Shown here: positions 41,870 to 51,206 of the stretch, in pieces
Position numbering within the stretch: position 1 is the first letter of the stretch
How the letters are laid out: each line of letters begins with the position of its first letter
From: Oscillatoria princeps RMCB-10
Lineage (GTDB): Bacteria > Cyanobacteriota > Cyanobacteriia > Cyanobacteriales > Oscillatoriaceae
Length of the DNA: 64,000 nucleotides
Assembly: GCA_019359235.1 (NCBI GenBank)
Contig: JAHHHT010000012.1
Location: 131,648-195,647 of the forward strand
Reading direction: 5' to 3'
The notes under the pieces: model-generated
Databases searched by the model: none
Told to the model about the DNA's origin: nothing
What the model saw: the letters and a program-made list of their open reading frames with translations, nothing else
Translations under genes and position numbers: made by a program

Positions 41870-42640
41870 CTAGGCTACTTGTGGGCGCAACAGCGAAACC
41901 AATTGCTCAATCCCCTTTTGAATCCGCCGCGTCACCGTCATCGGGCTGACGCCAATCCTCTCAGCTACTTCCTTGCGGGAGATATCATTCAAAAACACAA
42001 ACTCAATCACTTCTCGGGTTTTTTCTTCCAGCTGGCCCAAAGCCCCTTGCAGTTGCTGGCGTTCCTCTTCAGCGTTTTGCAGCGCTTGGTAGTGCGCGTC
42101 GAGCAAAGTATCTCCCAGCGTCACCGGCATGTCCACTTGCAGGCCAATCGTGGCATCCAGACTCAGGGGGGTAGAATTTTGGGTGGCCAACTGGCTTTCC
42201 CGCCACTCTTCCACAGATACCCCCAGCTTCCGGGCGATTTCAGCCTCGCTGGGAGAGTAACCGAGAGACGCTGTTAATCGCTCTCGAACTTTCTGGCCTT
42301 CTTTTTGCAACTCTTGCCAGCGGCGCGGAATTCTCACCGGATTGCCCTTATCGCGCAAGAAGTGCAGCATCTCGCCGCGAATGTAAGGAACGGCAAAGGA
42401 GCTAAAGGCGCATCCCTGGCTGGGGTCGAAGCGCTCAATGGCGCGTATCAAGCCGAGATAGCCGATTTGTTCCAGGTCTTCGTAAGGTTCAGCGCACTGG
42501 TGGCTGACTCTGTGAGCAATCTTGCGCACCAAGCCTGCATTCAAGCGCACGAGCTGATTGCGAACTTCGACAGAGCGGTTGTGGTGATAGGAAACCAGCA
42601 GCTCCATACCACGGGAGCGGACAGAGGATTGAATTGCCAT
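41870..42640 (-). CDS. group-3 sigma factor (SigF/SigB-type)
   Basis: 256 aa. Region 2 YLGLIRAIERFDP...FSSFAVPYIRGEM. Region 4 LNDISRKEVAERIGVSPMTVTR. Confidence 0.85.
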   Translation of the reverse strand: MAIQSSVRSRGMELLVSYHHNRSVEVRNQLVRLNAGLVRKIAHRVSHQCAEPYEDLEQIGYLGLIRAIERFDPSQGCAFSSFAVPYIRGEMLHFLRDKGNPVRIPRRWQELQKEGQKVRERLTASLGYSPSEAEIARKLGVSVEEWRESQLATQNSTPLSLDATIGLQVDMPVTLGDTLLDAHYQALQNAEEERQQLQGALGQLEEKTREVIEFVFLNDISRKEVAERIGVSPMTVTRRIQKGIEQLVSLLRPQVA

Positions 42641-42892
42641 CCTTAAAAAGTCCTCAACGGTAGAAACCCCTTTGCTTCAGGGAGTTGGGCTCGTTAACTA
42701 ATCAGACCGGACGCACCCGACGCTGACTTGCAGCTGTACCTATTGTCTGTGCCTCCCCCAAGCGGCAACTATGGTTGTTATACGGAATTGACTGGGGTGT
42801 TCCTGCCGCGTCTCCGCACAAACACGCAAATTTTTACCCGAAACCGCGACTCGCTTTTAGCTTTTCTTAAGGATTAAAGGCTGGCACCGGCG

Positions 42893-42990
42893 GGCCGCCC
42901 ACGCAGGGCCGGCGAAACATAGGTGAAAATAAGCAGCCCCCAGCAATGTCTTGCCTTGCCAATCCGAGGAAAAAGGTAGGGTGCGCTACC
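42893..42990. repeat. copy A of an about-70-bp duplicated upstream module (CGAAAYATAGGTGAAAATAAGCA...TTGCCTTGCCAATC)
   Basis: Aligns with 43445-43515, directly upstream of the BI-1 ATG. Confidence 0.6.
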
Positions 42991-43012
42991 GAAATGTCTG
43001 GGCAGTCTCCGC

Positions 43013-43155
43013 CGGTGGCCGGTGAGGGTGGCCACGGGGGGCCGGTGAGCCACTCTTTGCCGGTGAGGGCGGCCACTCTTTGCCGGTGAGGGCGGCCACT
43101 CTTTGCCGGTGAGGGCGGCCACTCTTTGCCGGTGAGGGCGGCCACGGGGGGCCGC
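43013..43155. repeat. tandem array of about six 23-bp units (CCGGTGAGGGCGGCCACTCTTTG)
   Basis: Four perfect units at 43060-43150 plus variants. ORFs 42867..43145 and 42874..43122 only translate this array. Confidence 0.8.
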
Positions 43156-43444
43156 CCCTACAGCTTCTGGCTCTGGTTGCGAGACCGCCGGCGAAAGATT
43201 ACGTTGGATTAATTGCTTAAATTTAAAACCGCCAAGACGCGCCTGTTCGCCAATGAGGAAAAAGAAAGAGGGAGAGGGACATAAAAATTAATAGGGGCAA
43301 TTGACCGGAATAGATAGTTTGAGAGGCTGGCGAGGGGAGAAGCGTGCCGGCTGTCACCCAAGAGGATTGACCGGCACCCCCGGACTGAATCAGCCGGTCG
43401 CACCTGGGTCACGCACCCTTTGACTGCGGGCTGTCCCCTGCGGG

Positions 43445-43515
43445 CCGCCGAAATATAGGTGAAAATAAGCATAGCCAGCAATCTTTTGCCTTGCCAATCG
43501 GATGAAACAATATGA
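43445..43515. repeat. copy B of the about-70-bp duplicated upstream module
   Basis: ccgaaatataggtgaaaataagcatagccagcaatcttttgccttgccaatcggatgaaacaat, immediately before the ATG at 43512. Confidence 0.6.
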
Positions 43516-44240
43516 GCAATACGAGTAATTTCCGCCAAGCCATGCGGGAGGCCAAATACCAGCCGCTGGTCGGCCCGAATGTGATTGCCAACGCCCTGCC
43601 CTACCTGGGGGGCGGACTTGTCCTAACCGCTGCCGGCACCTACGGCGGGCTGAGGGTTTTAAGTGCCAACCCGGCACTGTTCATGCCCACTTTCTGGGTG
43701 GCCCTCGTTTTAAACTTAGTCCTGTTCTTTGTGGCCCAGAGGGTGGCCGCACAGGCCAGCAACAGCGCCGCTCTGCCCCTGCTGGCCACTTACAGCCTGC
43801 TGACCGGCTACACCCTCACCGGCTTGGTGTTCCTGGCCTTGCGGACAGCGGGAGTTGGCCTGCCTGGAGTGGGGTTTGCCGCCTTGGGGTGCGGCGTCAC
43901 CTTTATCGCCGCCCGCCAAATTGGCTCCAACCTGTCGGAAGAAGACGGCATGGCTGTCACCCGAACGGTACAGCTCGGCATCATTGCCCTGCTGGTCGTG
44001 CTACTTGGTCAATTATTGCTTTCCGTGTTTGGGGTTTACACGCCCACCTGGCTGGAAGTTGCCATCTCCGGCGTGGGGGTGTTTCTGTTTGCCGGTGCGG
44101 CGGTGGTTGACTTTTTTGTCCTTCCTCGCACCTATGGCAACGATCAGTATCTGAGCGCCGCCCTGTCGATGTATCTGACATACATCAACCTGTTTATTTT
44201 CATCTTGCGGTTGCTGATCGCCCTCAATAGCAGGGATTAA
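43512..44240 (+). CDS. Bax inhibitor-1/YccA family membrane protein
   Basis: 242 aa, 7-TM. N-terminal motif and overall hydrophobic pattern typical of BI-1/YccA. Confidence 0.65.
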   Translation: MSNTSNFRQAMREAKYQPLVGPNVIANALPYLGGGLVLTAAGTYGGLRVLSANPALFMPTFWVALVLNLVLFFVAQRVAAQASNSAALPLLATYSLLTGYTLTGLVFLALRTAGVGLPGVGFAALGCGVTFIAARQIGSNLSEEDGMAVTRTVQLGIIALLVVLLGQLLLSVFGVYTPTWLEVAISGVGVFLFAGAAVVDFFVLPRTYGNDQYLSAALSMYLTYINLFIFILRLLIALNSRD

Positions 44241-44308
44241 TCCCACAGGGGCGGGGCAGGCAGCAGATTCGGGCCGAATCTTGCACAACGCCTGCGATCC
44301 CCCCCTTA

Positions 44309-44372
44309 CCCCCCCCTTAAAAAGGGGGGGAATAAGAAAATAGCCCCCCTTTTTAAGGGGGGTTGGGGGGAT
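44309..44372 (+). terminator. two G/C-homopolymer hairpins downstream of the BI-1 gene
   Basis: CCCCCCCCTTAAAAAGGGGGGG at 44309-44330. CCCCCCTTTTTTAAGGGGGG-TTGGGGGGAT at 44345-44372, the same family as the element inside copA. Confidence 0.55.
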
Positions 44373-44493
44373 AGAAAGCAAGTAGTGCCGGTTGCGCGGT
44401 TGAGCTCAACCCACCAAAATATCCAGGAAATGTGCTATAATGCTGATTGCGGTCAGGTCCTTAGTGTGACTCCCTATCAGGGATTGAAAGGCA

Positions 44494-45616
44494 ATGGAAG
44501 TCCTAGACATCAAACGCGAAATCGAAACGCTGTCGTATCGCCTGGGGAAAACCCAGGACTATCTTTGACATCCCCGCACTGACAGCCCAAATTCAAGACC
44601 TGGAGCAGCTGGCGGCTCAACCGGCCTTTTGGGACGAGCAAGCCGCCGCCCAACAGACGCTGCAAAAACTTGACGAACTGAAATCCCACTTGCAGCAATA
44701 CGACCGCTGGCGAACCAGTCTGGAAGACGCAATGGCTGTTTTGGAACTGCTGGAGGTCGAACCCGATCAGGCGCTGCTGCTTGAGGCGGAAACTAATATA
44801 ACCCAGCTCAACCGCGAACTCGACCAGTGGGAGCTGCAACAGCTGCTGTCCGGGACATACGACGAAAAAGGTGCGCTGCTGACCGTAAATGCCGGTGCCG
44901 GCGGCACAGACGCTCAAGACTGGGCAGAGATGCTGGTGCGGATGTACACCCGCTGGGGGGAAAGTCGCGGTTACAAGGTGCACCTGACCGAAATTTCGGA
45001 GGGGGATGAAGCGGGAATTAAGTCCGCTACCCTGGAAATCGCCGGTCGGTACGCCTACGGCTACCTGAAGGCAGAGAAAGGAACCCACCGGCTGGTGCGG
45101 ATTTCCCCGTTTAATGCCAACGGCAAGCGGCAAACCAGTTTTGCCGGCGTGGAAGTGATGCCGGCAATCGACACCTCGGTGCATCTGGACATTCCAGAGA
45201 AGGATTTGGAAATTACCACCTCCCGCGCCGGCGGTAAGGGCGGGCAGAATGTCAACAAGGTGGAAACCGCTGTGCGGATTGTTCACATCCCCACCGGCAT
45301 TGCGGTGCGCTGTACCGAGGAGCGCAGCCAGCTGCAAAATAAAGAAAAAGCCCTGGCTATCCTGAAAGCCAAATTGCTGATTATCGCTGTTGAGCAGCGG
45401 GCCAAGGAAATTGCCCAGATCCGCGGGGACATAGTGGAAGCGGCTTGGGGCAACCAGATCCGCAACTATGTGTTCCATCCTTACCAATTGGTTAAGGATC
45501 TGCGCACCGGCGTGGAAACCACCGCAGTCACCGACGTGATGAACGGCGAACTCGACCCGTTTATCGAAGCTTATCTGCGCCAGGAAAACCAGATTGCCCA
45601 AAGCCAGCCGGCATAA
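44494..45616 (+). CDS. prfB: peptide chain release factor 2, with programmed +1 ribosomal frameshift
   Basis: ORF0 [24 protein letters not shown] ends at CTT TGA C (44563-44569), the classic RF2 shift site. The +1 frame continues into track ORF 44690..45616. SPF and GGQ motifs are present. Confidence 0.9.
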
Positions 45617-45861
45617 TACCCTCGTTTGAGCTAAATACCCTAAATGCTGCAACCCTCTTGACAAAGAGGGTTGCTCTGTTATATAAATAGCGCAAAATTT
45701 AATGATTCTTTAGCGGTGGCAGAGCAGATACAGCAAGGGTTGTCAAGACTTTTTACAGTATCGCTCACACTGCAAATGGGTATCAGATTTAACCGAAGTT
45801 ACCGGGATCGCTCCCGGGAGCTAGGTTTGGAAGCTTCGCTTTTGGAACAAGGTGTTTTGCC

Positions 45862-46842
45862 GTGACTCATCCTCGTGTTATCTGCCTCGGTGAAATTTTG
45901 TTTGATTATCTGGCTGACCAGCCCGGGCACTCCCTAAAGCAGGTTGAGTCTTGGACACCCTATCCGGGAGGCGCACCGGCCAATGTGGCCTGCGCTCTAG
46001 CCAAGTTGGGGACGGCGGCGGGATTTATCGGCTGTGTGGGCCAAGATGACCCCGGGGACTCCCTGGTGCGGGTGCTGTCTCAAGCCGGTGTGGATGTCAC
46101 CGGCATCCAGCGCCACAAAACAGCACCCACAAGGGCAATTTACGTCGTGCGCTCACACACCGGCGAGCGGGAGTTTGCCGGTTTTGGCGAGCGGGACACC
46201 GGAGAATTTGCCGATACCTATCTCCAGAGCGACCAGTTGCCAGAGGAACTGTTTGAAAATGCTGAATTTCTGGTTTTGGGCACTCTGGAACTGGCTTATC
46301 CCCACAGCCGCAAGGCGATCTACCACGCCCTGCATCTAGCCGAGCAGCACTACGTCAAAATTGTGCTAGATGTTAATTGGCGACCGGTGTTTTGGCCCGA
46401 CCCCGCCGATGCTCCCCAGCTGATTCTGGATCTGCTGCCTCACGTCGATTTCCTCAAGCTTTCCGAAGACGAAGCTGAATGGCTCTTGGGCGCGACAGAT
46501 GCCAGTTCCATCTCCCACAAGCTCGACTCAGTGGAGGGTGTGCTGATCACCGCCGGCGAGCACGGTTGCTCCTACTGTCTGGGAGACACCTGCTCGCAGG
46601 TGCCGGCTTTCCCTGTTAAGGTGGCAGACACCACCGGCGCAGGGGATGGCTTTGTTGCCGGTTTTATCCACATGCTGTGCCAGCATGGGATTGGGATTCT
46701 GGAAGACGAGCAGATGGCGAAAAAGGTCGTCACCTATGCCAGTGCGGTGGGGGCGCTGACGGCGACTAAACCGGGTGCCATCGCCGGTGCACCTGATGCC
46801 GGTGAGGTGGAAGCTTTCTTGCACAGCAGCGCAGTTCACTAG
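45862..46842 (+). CDS. PfkB-family carbohydrate kinase (fructokinase-like)
   Basis: N-terminal ICLGEILFDY...GGAPANVA. C-terminal TTGAGDGFVAGF motif. Confidence 0.8.
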   Translation: MTHPRVICLGEILFDYLADQPGHSLKQVESWTPYPGGAPANVACALAKLGTAAGFIGCVGQDDPGDSLVRVLSQAGVDVTGIQRHKTAPTRAIYVVRSHTGEREFAGFGERDTGEFADTYLQSDQLPEELFENAEFLVLGTLELAYPHSRKAIYHALHLAEQHYVKIVLDVNWRPVFWPDPADAPQLILDLLPHVDFLKLSEDEAEWLLGATDASSISHKLDSVEGVLITAGEHGCSYCLGDTCSQVPAFPVKVADTTGAGDGFVAGFIHMLCQHGIGILEDEQMAKKVVTYASAVGALTATKPGAIAGAPDAGEVEAFLHSSAVH

Positions 46843-46853
46843 CTGAAGCGGTA

Positions 46854-46889
46854 AGAAACCGGGTTTCTTTGGGAAAAACCCGGTTTCTA
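46854..46889. repeat. tandem pair of GAAACCGGGTTTC palindromic elements after the fructokinase gene
   Basis: agaaaccgggtttctttgggaaaaacccggtttct. Confidence 0.6.
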
Positions 46890-46963
46890 GTATGACTGCG
46901 ATCCGCCACCGCCTTTGAGCGGTTTTAAATTTTGTTAAATCGTTCAGTGAGAAAAATAGGAGA

Positions 46964-47045
46964 CTGATGGCGACTCAACCGGGTGCTATCGCCGCCGCAA
47001 CTAATGCCGGTGATTTGCAAGCTTTCCCGCAGCGCGATTCACTAG
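46964..47045 (+). pseudogene. duplicated fragment of the fructokinase 3' end (about 82 bp, about 80% identical to 46758-46842)
   Basis: ctgatggcgactcaaccgggtgctatcgccgc...cactag aligns with ctgacggcgactaaaccgggtgccatcgccgg...cactag. Followed at 47066-47080 by another agaaaccgggtttct element. Confidence 0.55.
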
Positions 47046-47423
47046 AGCGCCAGTCTTGAAATCTCAGAAACCGGGTTTCTTTTGGCAATTACGACGTAAA
47101 ATCGGTCTTGAAAGGGAGAGAAACCCGTTTTCTTAACCCCAGACAAAATCGATGCAACCGGCTTGATATAACCGGCTCCCTGAAATGCCAAACTCGGGTA
47201 TTTTTATCGCCAATCGACTCTTATATAGCAGTTCTAAATGATTTGTGAAATCCTCTCTCTTTTCTTGACTTGGCGCTCTACCCTGCGGGAAGCCGCTTGC
47301 GCGTCTATGGCGTCTTGGCGGTAAAAAAATTCACAAATCAATTCTAACCGCTACAGCTCAAAATTACAAATTCCAATGGGCTCCCGCCGGCCAGTGGGGT
47401 GCGCCGCAGCGCACCCTGCTGTA

Positions 47424-48743
47424 TCACAGGAATTCGCGGGGGTCGGTGACGAAGCCGGTGAGCGCCGAAGCTGCTGCAGTATACGGCGAGGCGAGATAAA
47501 TTTGCGCTTCCTTATTTCCCATCCGCCCTGGGAAATTGCGGTTGGTGGTGGAAACACAAACCTCTGGCTCATTCAGACGCCCAAAAGTATCCTTGGGTCC
47601 GCCCAAACAAGCGGCGCAAGAAGGTGCAGCCGGCTCAATGCACCCAGCAGCTAGGAAAATTTCCGACAGAGTTTGCCCCTCGTATTTCTGTGCGAACAAA
47701 TCTTCGTAGACTTTTTGGGTTGCCGGCACCAGATAAGTGGGCACCTTCACCTGACGCCCCTTCAGAATGCGGGCGGCGTTAATAAAGTCAGAAGTTTTGC
47801 CGCCGGTGCAAGAACCGATATACACTCGGTTTATCTTGACATCGCGGCATTCTCGTGCTAAGGCGCGATTGTCCGGAGAGTGGGGCTTGGCGACCACCGG
47901 CTCCAATGTGGAGACATCGCAGTGCCACGAACTGTAGAACTTGGCGTCCGCATCGGTGTACACCGGCTCAAACGGCTTGTCAGTGCGGGCGCGGACATAT
48001 TCAAAAGTCGTTTCATCCGGGGCGATGGTGCCATTTTTGCCGCCGGCTTCTATAACCATATTGCACAGCGTCATCCGCTCTTCCATCGACATGCGCCGCA
48101 CAGCTTCGCCGGCAAACTCTATCGTCCGGTAGTTGGCACCGGACACCGTAATATCCCCGATAATTTGCAAAATCAGGTCTTTCGCCAGCAGGTAAGGAGG
48201 CATTTCGCCGTCGAGGACAAAGCGCATCGTCGCCGGCACCTTAATCAGCAGCTTGCCGGTGCCGAGGATAAAGGCGGCGTCGGTATTGCCGATGCCGGTG
48301 GCGAACTCGCCGAACGCACCGGCATTGCAAGTGTGCGAATCGGTGCCAAACAGCACTTCTCCCGGACGGGTGTGACCCTCTTGTGCCAGGGCGATGTGAC
48401 AGACGCCCTTATAATCCGGGTTAGCCTTAAAGTTCGACCGGTCTGTGATGTCGTAGAAATATTTGATCCCCTGCTCTCGGGCAAAATCGCGCAGAATATC
48501 GACATTGCGGTTAGCCCGCTCGTCGGCGGTGAAGATATAGTGGTCGGGAATCAGAACAATCTTCTCCGGGTCCCAGACTTTGGCGTCCGAGCCAAATTCC
48601 CGCTTGAACACCCCGATCGTGCCCGGACCGCAGACATCGTGGGTCATCAGAAGATCCACGTTCACCCAGATATTCTCACCCGGTTCCACAGCAGACCGGC
48701 CCGCAGCTCTGGCCAATATTTTTTCGGTGAGGGTCATCCCCAT
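47424..48743 (-). CDS. leuC: aconitase-family dehydratase large subunit (LeuC/HacA-like, short archaeal-type)
   Basis: 439 aa. MTLTEKIL...MTHDV N-terminus. Fe-S Cys motifs SCTGG and TTNRNFPGRMG. Confidence 0.75.
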   Translation of the reverse strand: MGMTLTEKILARAAGRSAVEPGENIWVNVDLLMTHDVCGPGTIGVFKREFGSDAKVWDPEKIVLIPDHYIFTADERANRNVDILRDFAREQGIKYFYDITDRSNFKANPDYKGVCHIALAQEGHTRPGEVLFGTDSHTCNAGAFGEFATGIGNTDAAFILGTGKLLIKVPATMRFVLDGEMPPYLLAKDLILQIIGDITVSGANYRTIEFAGEAVRRMSMEERMTLCNMVIEAGGKNGTIAPDETTFEYVRARTDKPFEPVYTDADAKFYSSWHCDVSTLEPVVAKPHSPDNRALARECRDVKINRVYIGSCTGGKTSDFINAARILKGRQVKVPTYLVPATQKVYEDLFAQKYEGQTLSEIFLAAGCIEPAAPSCAACLGGPKDTFGRLNEPEVCVSTTNRNFPGRMGNKEAQIYLASPYTAAASALTGFVTDPREFL

Positions 48744-49062
48744 AGCACAACTCCAGCGCAGACGCTCCGCGCATTCCTTTAATGAAACAGCACACTATCT
48801 ATAGTAGTGGTGGCGTCGAGCCTCTGCTTGAAGCCCGGGATTGCCGGTGAAAATCAGCGCCCCTACGCCGGCGGGCAGGAAATTGCACGACTTGCGCACG
48901 ACTTGCACACGACTTGCGCATTTTAACCATCCCCCGGTCGGGGAGTTCTGGAGCCGGCGATCTTAGCGAGATCAGGAGCGGGGGGACAGCATTTCTTCCT
49001 TGTTGTTTGTTCCAAGCTGTTTGTTGCTTGTTCCTTCTGAGAGGGACGCCCAACCCGGGATT

Positions 49063-50724
49063 TTAAGGAGCAATGGTGAGTTGACCGGCAGCGAGATTGC
49101 TGACAGCGCGTTGCATGGCAGCCAGAGCCCGATTGTAGCCCAGAATCGCCTGCACCCGGTTGCCTTCGGAGCGGCTCAGCTCGTTTTCTGCAGAGATCAC
49201 GTCGCTCTGGGTGCCCACACCGGCCTGAAATCGCAACCGCGCCAAACGCAGGGCTTCCGTAGACTGCCGCACCTCCACAGAAGCGGTTTGAATATTTTCA
49301 AAATTAGCTCGCAAGTTGTAATAGGCTTGTTCCACGTCGAAGCGAACCTGGTTGCGCTGGGAAGCAAACTGAGTTTCCGCGATGTCCTTGTTTCTTTCCT
49401 CCTGGGTAGCTCTGGCTCTGGCAGCTCCGCCATCGAACAAATTCCACCTCAACCGGGCTCCCACTGCGTAGCCACCGGCAAAGCCCACGCTATCGTCCAA
49501 GTTATTGACCAGATCGTATCGGCCAAAGACACTGACTTGCGGGCCGGTATTGGCCAGAGCCGCCTGTCGCTGGGCGTCGCTAACTTCCCGCTGAACCAAC
49601 TGCTGTTCCAGCTCGGAGCGGTTCTTAAACGCCTGCACGATGCTGTCTTCCAGGGAGAGGTTCCAAAAACCGGCGACTTCCACGGGGTCTGCGGCTGAGA
49701 GATCCACCGACTGGGACAAACTGAGCAGCTGAGCCAGCCGGCGGCGTCTGATTCGCTGATCGCCCCGGCCTTGAGTGAGATTTTGCAGCTCGTTGGCCAG
49801 CTGAACCTGGGAGCGCAGCACGTCAAATCGGGTTCCCACACCGGCTCGTTCCAGGGATTCGGCATCCTTCAAGCTCTGCTGGGCGTTTCTCACAGAAGAC
49901 TCGCTGATGCGGACTTGCTCGTCGGCTTCCTGCAGGTCGTAGTAAGCGTTGGAGACATCCAGCCGCAACTGCTCGTCGATGCGCTCGAGTTCTAGCTGGT
50001 TGAGCCGCACCTGTTTTTCTGCAGCCCGGATGGTAGCAGACCTGCGTCCGGAGGTGTAGACGTCGTAACTCAGTTCCAGCTGGCCATTAAGGCTTCTGCT
50101 GACGGTATCTCCTTGCGGCACCCCTTCTGGCGCATTCAGATTTTGCAGCCGCCCTTGGGCGGAATCCGTGCGGGTGAGGTCGCTGGCCAGATTCAGGGAG
50201 GGATATTCAGCGGCGACGGCTTCTCGCAGGGCGGCGCGAGACCGCTCCACTTGCAGGTAGGCCACCTGGAAGTCTCGATTGTTGCGCCGCGCCAGTTCGA
50301 GCGCCTGTTTCAAGGTGATTGGCTGGGTGCCCTGGATCTGGACTTCCTGCGGTTGGGTGGGAAACTGGAGGGGATTGGGGCTGGGGTTGAGGTAGCCCGG
50401 AGCCGGTGTTTCCTGAAGCTTGTCTGCAGGCTTGGGTGAGGGAGTCTGCGGGGGGGCTGGAGGCACCGCTTCACGCTGAGTTTGGCTGCCACTGCCGCCG
50501 GCGGGTTGCTTGTCAATGCTTGGCAAGGTGTCGGCTGCAGCCGGTGAGGGTGGGGCGGATGGGGCGGACCCGGCGGGTTGGAAATCTTTGCCCGCTGGGG
50601 GTGGGGCTCCTGCAGGTGAACCGGCTGGGGAGGTGGGTGCTGTCTGGGAAGCACCGGGCTGCATATTGCTTAGGGCGATTATTACTCCGGTGCCGGCAGC
50701 TATCAGGTGACGAAAGGTTAGCAT
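49063..50724 (-). CDS. TolC-family outer-membrane efflux protein with Pro-rich N-terminal linker
   Basis: Two TolC-like repeat halves (LTLKQALELA..., LSLEDSIVQAFKNRSELEQ...). Track ORF to 50772; the probable start is MLTFRHL (50724). Confidence 0.8.
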   Translation of the reverse strand: MLTFRHLIAAGTGVIIALSNMQPGASQTAPTSPAGSPAGAPPPAGKDFQPAGSAPSAPPSPAAADTLPSIDKQPAGGSGSQTQREAVPPAPPQTPSPKPADKLQETPAPGYLNPSPNPLQFPTQPQEVQIQGTQPITLKQALELARRNNRDFQVAYLQVERSRAALREAVAAEYPSLNLASDLTRTDSAQGRLQNLNAPEGVPQGDTVSRSLNGQLELSYDVYTSGRRSATIRAAEKQVRLNQLELERIDEQLRLDVSNAYYDLQEADEQVRISESSVRNAQQSLKDAESLERAGVGTRFDVLRSQVQLANELQNLTQGRGDQRIRRRRLAQLLSLSQSVDLSAADPVEVAGFWNLSLEDSIVQAFKNRSELEQQLVQREVSDAQRQAALANTGPQVSVFGRYDLVNNLDDSVGFAGGYAVGARLRWNLFDGGAARARATQEERNKDIAETQFASQRNQVRFDVEQAYYNLRANFENIQTASVEVRQSTEALRLARLRFQAGVGTQSDVISAENELSRSEGNRVQAILGYNRALAAMQRAVSNLAAGQLTIAP

Positions 50725-50842
50725 AGGTTTTTGATTCGCTCTGCAGTGTAAGACACATCCAGGTTCGGGCAAACCACCTTAAGCAGAATAGCAGTTCCTA
50801 CCTAGCCACTGGCTTACTGGGGCTACCGGCTCAATCCGGGAC

Positions 50843-51055
50843 AGAAACCAGATTTCTTTGAGAAACTTGGTTTCTAGTGGCCACTCAGGCGCGGAGTTGG
50901 CCACAGGGCGTCTCCAGGCGGAGGCGGGAGAGAAATCAGATTTCTTTGAGAAACTTGGTTTCTAGTGGCCACCCAGGCGCGGAGTTTCCCACAGGGCGTC
51001 TCCAGGCGGAGGCGGGACAGAAACCAGGTTTCTTTGAGAAACCCGGTTTCTTGTT
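50843..51055. repeat. 2.4 tandem copies of an 88-bp unit built from GAAACCnGnTTTC palindromes
   Basis: Units at 50843-50930, 50931-51018 and partial 51019-51055. Confidence 0.8.
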
Positions 51056-51206
51056 ACCCAGTGGCTGTCCCATCTTAAGTGAATAGCCCTTACTGGCAAG
51101 TAGGGAGTAAGGATTAAGGGTCAATGGTCTTGGTTCCTGGTTTGATAGCCCCTGACAGTAACGATCCTACACAGAATTTTTTGAGACTTGTGACTTGCCC
51201 CAGGTG

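Noticed and set aside
42867-43145. Two overlapping minus-strand ORFs encoding MAALTGKEWPPSPAKSGRPHRQRVA...
   Set aside because: They simply translate the 23-bp tandem repeat array (23 is not a multiple of 3, hence the shifting peptide).
44510-45664. 384-aa minus-strand ORF
   Set aside because: Antisense shadow of prfB. prfB has the diagnostic SPF and GGQ motifs and the frameshift site; the antisense product is Gly/Gln/Val-rich nonsense.
47880-48782. 300-aa plus-strand ORF
   Set aside because: Antisense to the well-supported LeuC-like gene. Composition is Arg/His/Gly-rich.
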